Part shown: positions 19,529-28,989 of the stretch, one piece after another
Layout: each line of letters starts with the position of its first letter
Position numbering within the stretch: the stretch's first letter is position 1
Translations under genes and position numbers: made by a program
Notes under the pieces: generated by a model
Told to the model about the DNA's origin: nothing
The model's database searches: none
What the model saw: only the letters and a program-made list of their open reading frames with translations
DNA from: an uncultured Prevotella sp.
GTDB lineage: Bacteria; Bacteroidota; Bacteroidia; Bacteroidales; Bacteroidaceae
Direction of reading: 5' to 3'
DNA: 64,000 nt
Assembly (NCBI GenBank): GCA_900770395.1
Contig: CAAGKM010000030.1
Location: 423,210-487,209, forward strand

Positions 19529-19579
19529 CAGACGAAAAACAACACCTCCGCCATGCGGCGAGGACAATTTATGTGATTT

Positions 19580-20764
19580 ATGGGAAGACCGAAGAAGACA
19601 ACCAAGGCAAAGGAGCCAGTGCGCATCCGGGAGCGCAAGCTCGCAAACGGCAACAGGAGCCTCTATCTTGACATCTACTCAAAAGGTGTGCGCAAGGTGG
19701 AGTCGCTCGGCGTGTACCTTGTCCCGGAGAACACGCCTCTTGACAGGATACAGAACGAGCACGCAAGGAGCGTCGCCGAGAAGATAAAGTCCGAGCGCAT
19801 CATCGCGCTGCAGAACTACGGCATAGCCAACCTTGACAAGGTGATGAAAGCCTCGATGCCCCTTCTCGCATATCTTGACAAATACGCCAGTGAGGGTAAC
19901 GGGCTGACCGAATCGACCATGAAGGGGCGTAAGTTCATGCGGCGCAAGGTAGAGGAATACCTGCGCTCGACAGGACGGCTCAACGTGTCCATGCTTGAGG
20001 TCGATGTGGATTTCTGCCGGGGCTTCATCAATTTTCTGCGCACGGCGAAGAACAGGCGGCTGAAAAGCGAGGACAGGACGATAAGCAACTGCACGGGACT
20101 TCAGACACAGGCGGTGTTCACGGCGGCGTTGAACACCGCCCTGCGTGACGGCATCATCGAGCGCAACCCCATGACCCTGCTGACATCCAAGGAACGCTTC
20201 CACCAGCAGGAGAGCACAAGGGTCTATCTCACCATCGATGAACTGAAAAGAATGATGGCCACCCCATGCGATGACGAAGAACTGAAAAAGGCTTTCCTGT
20301 TTGCCTGTTTTACGGGGTTGCGCCTAAGCGACATCCGCACGTTCACATGGAACAAGGTGCTTACGACACCCAACGACTCCACCCGTTATATAAGGGTCAG
20401 GATGCTCAAGACGCAGCAGGTCATCAACGTGCCTCTTTCCAAGGATGCCCTCGGCTATCTCCGTGAGACGGAAGACCGCAACGAGCCGATCTTCCGCCTG
20501 TCAAGAGCGGTCTCCGTCATAGAGCAAAGACTGGCTGAATGGGCGAAAGCGGCCGGAATAGAGAAACATGTCACCTTTCACGTGAGCAGGCACAGCTACG
20601 CTACGATGATGCTGACCATAGGAGTTGACATCTACACCGTCAGCAAGCTGCTCGGACACAAGAATGTGGCGACAACGCAGATATACGCGAAAATTATCGA
20701 CCAGAAGAAGATTGATGCCGTCAACATGATGGACAGGTTTTTCGACAAAGACAGGCAGGCATGA
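19580..20764 (+). CDS. Tyrosine-type site-specific recombinase/integrase (Bacteroides transposon-type)
   Basis: 394 aa with an N-terminal Arg/Lys-rich arm-binding region, a SAM-like domain, and a C-terminal catalytic domain with R…HxxR…Y (HVSRHSYATMML…LLGHKNVATTQIYAKI). Confidence 0.9.
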   Translation: MGRPKKTTKAKEPVRIRERKLANGNRSLYLDIYSKGVRKVESLGVYLVPENTPLDRIQNEHARSVAEKIKSERIIALQNYGIANLDKVMKASMPLLAYLDKYASEGNGLTESTMKGRKFMRRKVEEYLRSTGRLNVSMLEVDVDFCRGFINFLRTAKNRRLKSEDRTISNCTGLQTQAVFTAALNTALRDGIIERNPMTLLTSKERFHQQESTRVYLTIDELKRMMATPCDDEELKKAFLFACFTGLRLSDIRTFTWNKVLTTPNDSTRYIRVRMLKTQQVINVPLSKDALGYLRETEDRNEPIFRLSRAVSVIEQRLAEWAKAAGIEKHVTFHVSRHSYATMMLTIGVDIYTVSKLLGHKNVATTQIYAKIIDQKKIDAVNMMDRFFDKDRQA

Positions 20765-21906
20765 AGATAGAGATAAGGACACGCGAGCTGAAGAACGGCA
20801 ACAGGACAATTTACCTTGACTATTATGACAAAGGCAAGAGGTGGTACGAATATCCCAAGCTGTACCTTGTGCCGGATTCCGCCCCTTATGCGAAGGAACA
20901 GAACAGGAGCGCGATGGACAAGGCAATCGCCATCAGAGCCAGGCGGCTGCTCGGCGAGGCACCGGAAGAGGACGGCAACCGTCCGAAAGACAAGTCCGGC
21001 AAGATGCTTGTCAGCACATGGATGGACGGATATGCCCAAGCCATGCATGCAAACGCGGGGCTTTCCTCCACATACCTCAAGCATTTCGACACGCTCATCC
21101 GCATGGTGAACGGCTATCTCGCACACATCAAAAGCCCGCGTCTCACGATGGACTGCATAGACAGGGATTTTTACCGGGGATTCCTGCACTACATGACCGA
21201 TGTCTATGAGTGCCGGACTTCCGACGGCGGGACAAGACGGCTTGCAAAATCGACCATGCACCTGTTCCAGCTGAAGATGAACACGATGCTCAACCAGGCC
21301 GCAAGGGAGGGTGTCATCAAGTGTAACCCTTATCATCTGCTGTCAAGGAACGAGCGGATAAAAAAGCCGACAGACCGGCGCGACTTCCTGACCCGCGAGG
21401 AACTGCACAGGCTGATGGAGGTTGAGACGCGGAGCATCACAACCAAGACTGCGTTTTTGTTCAGTTGCTTCACCGGCCTGCGCTACAGTGACCTGAAACA
21501 GTTGAAGTGGGGCAACATCGAACAGTCACAGTCCGGGATGGTGATAAGGATAGAGGCGATGAAAAAGACGGAAAAGCCCGTGACCGTCCCTTTGGGCACT
21601 AATGCGATGGCATGGCTGCCCGAGCGCGGCGACAAGACACCCGATGATTTTGTCTTTGATTTAGGCACATGCGGAGGCTGCAACACCGTCCTGAAGAATC
21701 TGGCGAAAAAGGCAGGAATCAACAAAAGGGTCTCTTTCCATACCGGGAGGCACAGCTTCGCAACGCTCACCCTCGCCGCCACGAATGACATTGCAACGGT
21801 GAGCAGACTGCTTGGACACACCTCTGTCGCAACGACACAAATCTATGCGGAGGTGCTGATGGAGGACAAGATTGCAGCCGTAAACAAACTGCACGGTATC
21901 TTTTAA
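20761..21906 (+). CDS. Second tyrosine-type recombinase/integrase (paralog; start overlaps upstream stop, ATGA)
   Basis: 381 aa with the same architecture (FHTGRHSFATLTL…LLGHTSVATTQIYAEV). Confidence 0.9.
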   Translation: MKIEIRTRELKNGNRTIYLDYYDKGKRWYEYPKLYLVPDSAPYAKEQNRSAMDKAIAIRARRLLGEAPEEDGNRPKDKSGKMLVSTWMDGYAQAMHANAGLSSTYLKHFDTLIRMVNGYLAHIKSPRLTMDCIDRDFYRGFLHYMTDVYECRTSDGGTRRLAKSTMHLFQLKMNTMLNQAAREGVIKCNPYHLLSRNERIKKPTDRRDFLTREELHRLMEVETRSITTKTAFLFSCFTGLRYSDLKQLKWGNIEQSQSGMVIRIEAMKKTEKPVTVPLGTNAMAWLPERGDKTPDDFVFDLGTCGGCNTVLKNLAKKAGINKRVSFHTGRHSFATLTLAATNDIATVSRLLGHTSVATTQIYAEVLMEDKIAAVNKLHGIF

Positions 21907-21948
21907 TCCGTGTAACTCGACTATACCTCTTTTATAAAAGCGCATATT

Positions 21949-22881
21949 ATGAAACGACTGTCCGACAATTTTCTTACGATGCTTTTGCCGCTTACAGCAG
22001 TAGCCGCAACCGCATTCGGTATGGTTGCCGCCGTTGCTTTCCGCATGGAAGCGACCACGGCAGGGTTTGTATTTTCCACCTTGTCCATCATCGGATGGAT
22101 CGGGCTGGTTGCCGAATTTTTCCTCTTGTACGACATCATCATAGACAAGTGGTTTTCCAAAGACCGCTCCGTGCTGACCGCCTCATGGTTTGTAATCTCG
22201 CTGCTGCTTGCCTTTATTATCACTCCCGACAAGCATTCGGACTGGGGCACCTGCATCGTCATGGGCTCGCTCTTCGCCGTGCTTTTCCTGCTGCCCTGCA
22301 TCATCGGGATGGCTTACGGCAGACAGATAAAATCATGGCTGATGCAACGGTGGAACAGACTTGTTCCGAAGAAACAACAGAACCCGGATGATTCAGCCGG
22401 ACGGCAAATCGAAGCCGTGCTTTCCGCGTCCACGTTACCCACGACAATGAGACAGGAGGATGAAATCAGGCATTACGACAGCCTTGTCTCACAGGTAAAG
22501 CCTGAGCTTATAATGAAGCTGCCGGAAACCTTGCAGACCAATGACGCGCTGTTCCTGCTGGTACTGTTCCGAGAGGACGGCTATCTCGATACGGACTTCC
22601 TGCCGCTGATGAAAAAGGAGGATGACGAAATAAACCAGACGCTCTATGCCTATATCGCCAGTGCCCTGTGCGCAGCCCTCAAGATACGGAAAGGCAAATG
22701 GGTCATCTTCGAGAAGTTCTGGCCGCTCAACAACGGCGCACAATTGGCAAGCAACTTCAAGACCGCCTACCGGGACAACCCGTCCGAACACCAGAGGCAT
22801 ATCGCCAAGCTGTTGCGCAAGGCGACACGCCTGCGTCCTAAACTTGACACCTACGACCTTGAAGAGTTCAAGAAGGTCTGA
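21949..22881 (+). CDS. Hypothetical membrane protein (about 4 TM helices plus a 190-aa C-terminal cytoplasmic domain)
   Basis: Hydrophobic N-terminal 120 aa followed by a charged soluble domain; no family recognised by eye. Confidence 0.6.
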   Translation: MKRLSDNFLTMLLPLTAVAATAFGMVAAVAFRMEATTAGFVFSTLSIIGWIGLVAEFFLLYDIIIDKWFSKDRSVLTASWFVISLLLAFIITPDKHSDWGTCIVMGSLFAVLFLLPCIIGMAYGRQIKSWLMQRWNRLVPKKQQNPDDSAGRQIEAVLSASTLPTTMRQEDEIRHYDSLVSQVKPELIMKLPETLQTNDALFLLVLFREDGYLDTDFLPLMKKEDDEINQTLYAYIASALCAALKIRKGKWVIFEKFWPLNNGAQLASNFKTAYRDNPSEHQRHIAKLLRKATRLRPKLDTYDLEEFKKV

Positions 22882-23149
22882 GCGGCATCAACGGCATTAT
22901 CCGTATATAATAATTTCCTTGTCCCTGTTCACCCGTCACCGTAACCCGATGGCGGGATTTTTTATGCCCGTCCGTGAACAGGCCTGTTTCTTTCCGCACT
23001 TATAAGTTACCATGTGCGGACAATCCGGGATTATGGAGGGTTTAGAGTTCCATTATACTTCGTTTTAGCCCTATTTATAGTTGCATTTATGCCGTACAAA
23101 GTTCTCTGTTTGTGTCATTTATAGTAATTGCTTCGGGGAAATTCCGCCA

Positions 23150-23157
23150 TACCTTTG
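23150..23157 (+). promoter_or_regulatory. -7 box TACCTTTG upstream of the Xis-like gene
   Basis: TAnnTTTG, 52 bp before the ATG at 23209. Confidence 0.4.
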
Positions 23158-23208
23158 CACTGTCGCCACGACAAAGGCGAAGCAGATTATTCATTAAAAT
23201 ATACGCAC

Positions 23209-23442
23209 ATGACAGAGCAAAGAAAACTTTTAAGCACCAGGGAGGCGGCCGAGTATTGCGGCTTCAAACTTTCCTACTTCCGCAAGCTGATGATGCGCCG
23301 GGCTATCCCGATGTACAAGCCGACGGGCAAACTGTGCTTCTTCAAGAAAGAAGACTTGGACGCTTTCCTCACGGGTGTCCGTATCTCCTCACAGGAAGAA
23401 ATCGCGGAGGAAGCCAACCGCTATATGGCAGGTCGGAAGTAA
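23209..23442 (+). CDS. Small HTH DNA-binding protein, excisionase (Xis)/MerR-like
   Basis: 77 aa from the internal ATG: MTEQRKLLSTREAAEYCGFKLSYFRKLMMRRAIPMYKPTGKLCFFKKEDLDAFL, the typical Bacteroides mobilizable-element excisionase pattern. Confidence 0.55.
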   Translation: MTEQRKLLSTREAAEYCGFKLSYFRKLMMRRAIPMYKPTGKLCFFKKEDLDAFLTGVRISSQEEIAEEANRYMAGRK

Positions 23443-23479
23443 ACAACCTTTTTTATTTACATCAAAAAACAAATGTAGT

Positions 23480-23980
23480 ATGGAACAGAACAGGAACATG
23501 GAACAGGGCGGCACAGCTGCAGCCGTTCCGACAGAGAAGAAGAACGAGAACCGTAAACGTGAAGTAAGCGGTAAGGACGCACAAATCATCCGCGCATTCT
23601 TGGAGAATGTAGGCATCTACGAGGCGGACGCATTACGCGTGAGCATCGCCATTGCCGACGGCAAGGTGTCGGCAGACAACATTTCGGCGGATGACCGCCT
23701 TGCGCTCAACCGCTATCTCAACAGCGGCACGGACAACGACCGTATGACAGCGGACAATGCGCAGGGACATCGGCTGAACCGTGCATTCGGGTTGCTGGAG
23801 CGTGTGGCGGACTTCTGCGAAAAGCAGCAGTTGGTGACGGTAAACAAGGTGCTGCTCTCCGTGGCGGTAAACGCAGATGACATCAGCCATGCCGTATCAA
23901 GCCTTGCCAAGCGTCAGGCATCCGTACAGCCGGCACAGGGAAACGCTGCAAGCAACGGAGCCAACGGAACAGGCAAGTAA
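23480..23980 (+). CDS. Hypothetical protein (166 aa), mobile-element associated
   Basis: ORF from the internal ATG (MEQNRNMEQGG…); low-complexity termini and a central Asp/Ala-rich region. No family assigned. Confidence 0.5.
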   Translation: MEQNRNMEQGGTAAAVPTEKKNENRKREVSGKDAQIIRAFLENVGIYEADALRVSIAIADGKVSADNISADDRLALNRYLNSGTDNDRMTADNAQGHRLNRAFGLLERVADFCEKQQLVTVNKVLLSVAVNADDISHAVSSLAKRQASVQPAQGNAASNGANGTGK

Positions 23981-24251
23981 CCGTATGTGAAAGGTGGAAA
24001 AGGTGAGAAGAAAGCAATAGGTATCTGACATATGTTCATGCAGCCTCCCTTATTTCTTCCCTGCTTTCGGGATTAAACAATCCGGAGGACACCCTGAATG
24101 AGAGCCATACTTTTCTCACCTGACACACGATAACGGTAACATGAGGCCGTGCATGGCACAACGAGAAAGCTGACAGTTATTCCCATGCCGGTTCCTGCAC
24201 GGCTTCATTCTTCTCCAAGCGAAAGTAATATCACATTTATAAAGACAAAGT

Positions 24252-24680
24252 TTGATGAACAAGGAAACATACAGATTCAAGTACCCGGCAGGTGCCGCCT
24301 CGCTGTCATTAGTTTTTTCTCATAAGGCACTGCAATGGCTGCAAGGGACAACGACGGATGATGACGGCAGGGAAACAGTAAACTTCATACTGCTGGGCGA
24401 CCTGCTTGCGAGAATGGCACTTACAGACGGTAAGAGCAAGGAGTTCCGCAGACCGCTCACGCTTTCCGCAGGTCAGGCGCAGTATTCCGAGGAACAGCTT
24501 TCCGCACAGTGGAACATGGGCAGGAAGCGCATACGCAACCTGCTGGACGCACTCACGAAGATGGGGCTTATCGACACCCACCGCTCAAGGGTGGCATCCG
24601 TGATGACCTTCCCGTGCCTGCGTGGGTGGGAAACGGCTGACTGCTGCCGCATATCCAATCCTTTTATACCTCAGGTCTAA
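24252..24680 (+). CDS. Hypothetical protein with a possible winged-helix segment
   Basis: 142 aa; …GRKRIRNLLDALTKMGLIDTHRSR resembles a wHTH recognition helix plus wing. No family assigned. Confidence 0.5.
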   Translation: MMNKETYRFKYPAGAASLSLVFSHKALQWLQGTTTDDDGRETVNFILLGDLLARMALTDGKSKEFRRPLTLSAGQAQYSEEQLSAQWNMGRKRIRNLLDALTKMGLIDTHRSRVASVMTFPCLRGWETADCCRISNPFIPQV

Positions 24681-24793
24681 TTCTTTTATCCATGAACAGA
24701 GGGAAGAGTATGAGCTGAAGAACGGAGGAATAAGAGCCGGACATGAGCCGAAAGACAGCCAAGCTGACAATGACACAGAGGGCATAGCCGCCA

Positions 24794-24931
24794 TTTTGTT
24801 GTACCGCAATACAAAATCTGTCATGTCTCAATATGGGGCAAAAGTGACAGACGGAGTGCTGGAGTGGCATGAAGCGATAGCGTTGAGTTTCGAGGTATGC
24901 CGAGGTATTACCGCCTCCGGACGGTATTACC
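24794..24931. promoter_or_regulatory. Candidate oriT / relaxosome assembly region upstream of the mob genes
   Basis: 7-bp inverted repeat ATTTTGT…ACAAAAT (24794-24817) and direct repeats GGTATTACC at 24904-24912 and 24923-24931, in the 370-bp spacer before the MobA-like gene. Confidence 0.3.
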
Positions 24932-25051
24932 ACGACGCTCTCGCAACGCCCCGGAAGGTCGTTGTCCCAGCCGCTCGCAGGCTCGCACCTTCCCCTCTTT
25001 TAGACACCGTTTCACGATTATTTCAAGGACACCCATTATATCAGGACATAT

Positions 25052-25507
25052 ATGGAACACGAAGATACTTCCATTCAGGAAAATCAGGAATCCGGGCAGG
25101 AGAAGCCCGTTATACGGCGTGACAAGGTGGTAGTCACCAAAGTCACGGAGCAGGAGCTGTTGCGGATTAAAGGCACGGCGGAGCAGTGCGGCATGACACG
25201 CAGCGACTTCATACGGGCAAGGGCACTCGACTACAGACCGAGGAAGCGGCTTTCGGTTACGGAGGTGGACGGCCTCAGGCAGCTTGCAGCATGTCGGACG
25301 GACATGGTGAACTTCGCCAACGCCCTGCACGGGCTGAACGACAACGAGAAGATACGCCTTTTCCGGCATCAGCCCACCATGCTCGAATGGTACGAGAAAG
25401 TGGCGCATATCACAGACCGTGTCACGGACTTTTTGCAGTCCGCGCAGAAGGCGAACAGCTATCCTGCGGAAACAACAGATGAAGAAACAAAGGAGGACGA
25501 GATATGA
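25052..25507 (+). CDS. Relaxosome accessory protein (MobA/MobC-like, Bacteroides-type)
   Basis: 151 aa; …LLRIKGTAEQCGMTRSDFIRARAL… is a ribbon-helix-helix-like region. The stop overlaps the relaxase start (ATGA), as in Bacteroides mobA-mobB pairs. Confidence 0.65.
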   Translation: MEHEDTSIQENQESGQEKPVIRRDKVVVTKVTEQELLRIKGTAEQCGMTRSDFIRARALDYRPRKRLSVTEVDGLRQLAACRTDMVNFANALHGLNDNEKIRLFRHQPTMLEWYEKVAHITDRVTDFLQSAQKANSYPAETTDEETKEDEI

Positions 25508-26763
25508 TAGCCAATGCAAAATCCATCAGCCACGGCATACGGGCGATATTGTATGTGTCGGGCGAGTCGAGGAACAAGAAACATCCGGAGAAGATAACTC
25601 GCATCTGCGACAACTTCATGCCACAGGGCATGGACGCTTCGGGTATCTGGACGGAGATGAAGTTCGCCACGATGAACCGCCCCGACATCAAGAATGATGT
25701 CATCCGCATGGAGATAAGCCCGGCGATGGAGCACACCGGGGACTTCACCGTCGAGGATTGGCGGAAGCTGTGGTGTGACTTCGCGGCGGCTTACGACAAC
25801 CAGACGATACTTGACGATGACGGCAAGGTCATTTCCGTGCCGACCAACATATCGGGCAGCAAGTCCTCCGTGTGGCTACATCTTGAATCCGACAGCGGCA
25901 TACCCCACCTCCATGCCGTAGTGTGCCGGATTGACGAGAACGGGAACATCAACAACGACCACGCCATCCACATCAGGGCACAACGGGCTGCGGAAAAAGT
26001 TGCCCGACAAAGAGGATGGACGACCGCCATGCAGATACACGAAAGCAACATTCCCAAGGTTAGCGCCGACTGCATGGACGCCTTGCGCGAACTGTCCGAA
26101 TGGTCATGGGAAGGTTACAAGGAAAGGCTCGCCGCCAGAGGCTACGAGCTGCATCAGCGCAAGGATAATGAGAAGAACATACGCGGCTATGTGCTCTGCA
26201 AGGGGAACACGAGGTTCAAGGCTTCGGAACTTGGAAAGGGGCGCAACCTGACCGCATCCCATATCATACAGACATGGGAGAAGCTGCATCCCGAAAAGAC
26301 TGAGCAAGCGAGCTTGACACCAAAACAATCTGTTGTAACGACACCGAACTCACCTGCCACAAAAGAACACGCACCACTGTTACAGTCCGAAGTGCAGCAT
26401 AACAATCCAGCTTATGAGGATTACACAGAATGGCAGTCCGACCGCCTGCGCACGGAGTTCGAGCATGACGGCAGGAACTACGACCGCTATATCCCCGGAA
26501 AGGTGCTCGACTGCCTGAATGACGAGTTCGACCACCGGGAATTGGCGAACTGGCAGGCTTTGCAGAATCTGGCTGTGGCCTTTTTTACCCTTGTCGCCTC
26601 TCCTTATGGGGAGATGTCCGGCGGTGGCGGAGGCAGCTCGCAGTCCGACCTCAAATGGGGGCGCGACCCGGAAGAGGACGAGATTGAGTTTGCCCGTCGT
26701 TGTGCACGTGAGGCTTCGCACAGGATTGGCAGACAAATGAAATCAGGAATGAAACGCAAATGA
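25504..26763 (+). CDS. Relaxase/mobilization nuclease (MobB-like, MOBP-type)
   Basis: N-terminal MIANAKSISHGIRAILYV (the catalytic-Tyr region typical of MobA/VirD2-like relaxases) and the His triad …HLHAVVCRID. Confidence 0.85.
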   Translation: MIANAKSISHGIRAILYVSGESRNKKHPEKITRICDNFMPQGMDASGIWTEMKFATMNRPDIKNDVIRMEISPAMEHTGDFTVEDWRKLWCDFAAAYDNQTILDDDGKVISVPTNISGSKSSVWLHLESDSGIPHLHAVVCRIDENGNINNDHAIHIRAQRAAEKVARQRGWTTAMQIHESNIPKVSADCMDALRELSEWSWEGYKERLAARGYELHQRKDNEKNIRGYVLCKGNTRFKASELGKGRNLTASHIIQTWEKLHPEKTEQASLTPKQSVVTTPNSPATKEHAPLLQSEVQHNNPAYEDYTEWQSDRLRTEFEHDGRNYDRYIPGKVLDCLNDEFDHRELANWQALQNLAVAFFTLVASPYGEMSGGGGGSSQSDLKWGRDPEEDEIEFARRCAREASHRIGRQMKSGMKRK

Positions 26764-26781
26764 CAAACCTAAAAAACATCA

Positions 26782-27324
26782 GTGACAATGAAACAACCCG
26801 ATACGTCCGCCCTACGGGAGCGGCTTGCCAATTATACACCCGGACAGGAGCTGGAGCAGGACAAGCAGGAACTTGAAGGACTGCTTCAGGAAGTAAGTGA
26901 CCAAATTTTTGCCATGCGCAATTTGCTCAAGGAAATCAATGAACTCAAGGAAGAACTGCACGACATACACGGAAGCCTGATGCACACTGCCAAACGGGAG
27001 CGAGTGGCTTTTAATGCTTTGAACGCGGCCAAGGACAGTGCGGACAACATTGTGAATGGTATCTGCAACGCCATTGTAAAAGCGGAACGGCATACCGTCA
27101 TACAAGCCACAGTCGGCACTGACGAACTGGAAAAGGTAAGCCAATGTTCTGCAGCCCACATCAAGGCGGAGGAAGAACTTTTGGAAAGGCACAGAAACAA
27201 GTTAGCCAGACACCTCCGTGACAATGAAGGTGTCTGGTTGTCCGACCGCTGGCTCAAGATTCTGTTCGCAGTGCAGTTGCTTTGTTATCTTGCGGTGGCA
27301 TTGTGGGTAATGCTGAAAGGATAA
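26782..27324 (+). CDS. Coiled-coil protein with a C-terminal transmembrane anchor, hypothetical
   Basis: 180 aa with heptad-like Leu/Glu/Lys-rich coiled coil and a hydrophobic C-terminal helix (ILFAVQLLCYLAVALWVMLKG). Confidence 0.5.
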   Translation: MTMKQPDTSALRERLANYTPGQELEQDKQELEGLLQEVSDQIFAMRNLLKEINELKEELHDIHGSLMHTAKRERVAFNALNAAKDSADNIVNGICNAIVKAERHTVIQATVGTDELEKVSQCSAAHIKAEEELLERHRNKLARHLRDNEGVWLSDRWLKILFAVQLLCYLAVALWVMLKG

Positions 27325-27409
27325 ACTGATTGTTCGCAATCTCCTTTTCGAGGGGACAAGGCTATCTGTATATTTCGACAAACAACAGCTATATGTTGTT
27401 ATTCGACAA

Positions 27410-28081
27410 TCATATTTTGTTCCCCAACCGATAAGCCTTGTCTCCATAATCCGTGTTGCGCACCGAACCTGCCGTCCAGACACCGGGTGCGAAAACTTCG
27501 CCTACACTTTCCCAGCCGAGGTAATCCATCATTGTGCGATAGTGCTGGAGCATGGGCTCTGCATCGCTTTTAGCAGTGTTCGCGTATGTCATCAGATAGG
27601 CAGCTTTCTTGTAATGCCCCTTGATTTTCCCGTTGATGGCATAGAAACGGTCAATTACCTTTTTCATCTGCGCGGAAATACCAAAATAATACATAGGAGT
27701 AGCGAAAACCACCATATCCGCCTCAATAAGATGCGGACGGAGTTCGCTGAAATCATCATCGAAGATGCACGGTCCGTCCATACCGCAACGGTTGCACGCA
27801 CGGCACGGCTCCACCTGCTTGAAAGCACAGTCGAAACGATAGACCTCGTGACCTTTCTCTTGTGCCCCTTTTATGAACTGGTTCGCGAGAAAAGCGGAAT
27901 TTCCGTTACGGCGGGGGCTACCTGTGAGAACTACTATTTTCATTTTATCTTGTTTTGATTCATTAGAAACTGACGGGTTATCATCAACACTCATTGCCGC
28001 CAAGCTATGAATAGCACTGCCCGCAAGGAGTGTGCTGCTTACGGCAAATACAGATTTCTTTATAAAATCCCTTCTTTTCAT
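27410..28081 (-). CDS. Twin-arginine (TAT) signal flavoprotein, NADPH-dependent FMN reductase / iron-sulfur flavoprotein-like
   Basis: MKRRDFIKKSVFAVSSTLLAGSAIHSLAA is a TAT-type signal. Flavodoxin-like fold (KIVVLTGSPRRNGNS…) and a Cys cluster (CRACNRCGMDGPC). Confidence 0.7.
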   Translation of the reverse strand: MKRRDFIKKSVFAVSSTLLAGSAIHSLAAMSVDDNPSVSNESKQDKMKIVVLTGSPRRNGNSAFLANQFIKGAQEKGHEVYRFDCAFKQVEPCRACNRCGMDGPCIFDDDFSELRPHLIEADMVVFATPMYYFGISAQMKKVIDRFYAINGKIKGHYKKAAYLMTYANTAKSDAEPMLQHYRTMMDYLGWESVGEVFAPGVWTAGSVRNTDYGDKAYRLGNKI

Positions 28082-28111
28082 ACGTTTATCTTTTGCCCGA
28101 TAGAACTTTAT

Positions 28112-28966
28112 TTAATTTTCCGGCTGAAAATCCTTGATGATGTTTAATGCTTTCAGTGCGGCAGGGAAGCCGATATAAGGCATACACTGGATGACGGCAG
28201 CCGTCACTCTCTCCTTACTGTTGCCGGCCCTCAGATTGGCGCGAAGATGTGCGTGAAGCTGCGGCTCAGCTCCGATTACGGTCAGAACGCAGTAAGTCAG
28301 CAATTCGCGAGTCTGCGTATCGAGACCGCTTCGTGTCTGAAAATCGCCGAAATGAACCTCCGTCAGAAAGCGCGCAACCTTTTCACCCATGCCGCCGGGT
28401 ACGTCCTTCAATGCCTCTTTCATCCGGTCTCCGTAAAGCGGATATTGGATTTCATGCCCTTTCTCGTAACGGTTCCCTTCCGTAACGGTTGCCTGTGTTT
28501 CAAGCGGCACTTTAATTCCGCGCTCCGTGAAGGCTTCATTAACCGCAGTCATCGCATTAAGGACTTTTGGGAAGCCGATGATGGGAGCGCACTGGTAAAC
28601 TGCCTCGCGCAACTCTATGGGAGTGACCCCGACATTGAGGGCGGCTCCGGCATGTCCTTTCAGTTGGGGTAATTGCTGCATGGTGGCGAGGCATACGCAG
28701 GTAATCATCTCACGTGTCTTGATGTCCAAATCTCCTGTGCGGAACACCTCTCCGAAAATATATTTTTGGAGAATATCCATAATTTCCGGGTCTGTACCGC
28801 CTCCATTAAGTGCCTCACCGCCGAACAAAACCTTAAAGTTTTCCTTGCACAATTCTATCCTGTCCATCGTATTCTCTTTTTTTATGTCATTCTCTGCCGT
28901 TTGTGCTGTAGCCGAAGCAAATCCGAAGACGGAGAGAACTATGATTGCCAATATGTTTTTTCTCAT
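28112..28966 (-). CDS. Carboxymuconolactone decarboxylase (CMD/AhpD-like) family protein, tandem CMD domains, Sec signal
   Basis: Two AhpD-like repeats (…IGFPKVLNAMTAV… / …IGFPAALKALNII…) and an N-terminal signal (MRKNILAIIVLSVFGFASATAQ). Confidence 0.8.
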   Translation of the reverse strand: MRKNILAIIVLSVFGFASATAQTAENDIKKENTMDRIELCKENFKVLFGGEALNGGGTDPEIMDILQKYIFGEVFRTGDLDIKTREMITCVCLATMQQLPQLKGHAGAALNVGVTPIELREAVYQCAPIIGFPKVLNAMTAVNEAFTERGIKVPLETQATVTEGNRYEKGHEIQYPLYGDRMKEALKDVPGGMGEKVARFLTEVHFGDFQTRSGLDTQTRELLTYCVLTVIGAEPQLHAHLRANLRAGNSKERVTAAVIQCMPYIGFPAALKALNIIKDFQPEN

Positions 28967-28989
28967 TTCGATTGTAATTTTTTGGATTA

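Noticed and set aside
22921-22990. Inverted repeat CCTGTTCAC…GTGAACAGG and CCCGATGGCGGGATTTTTTAT after the 4-TM gene
   Set aside because: Stems are short or interrupted (4-9 bp) and the spacing is irregular. It could be a terminator for 21949-22881, but the evidence is insufficient for a feature call.
24622-25519. ORFs 24622-25122 (plus strand) and 24908-25519 (minus strand) across the oriT spacer and MobA-like gene
   Set aside because: They overlap a supported mob gene on the other strand or frame, lack start context, and the spacer is better explained as the oriT/regulatory region.
27325-27409. Possible bidirectional terminator between the convergent coiled-coil gene and the cargo operon (AACAACAGCTATATGTTGTT)
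   Set aside because: Only a 6-bp stem with no flanking T/A tracts; too weak to call.
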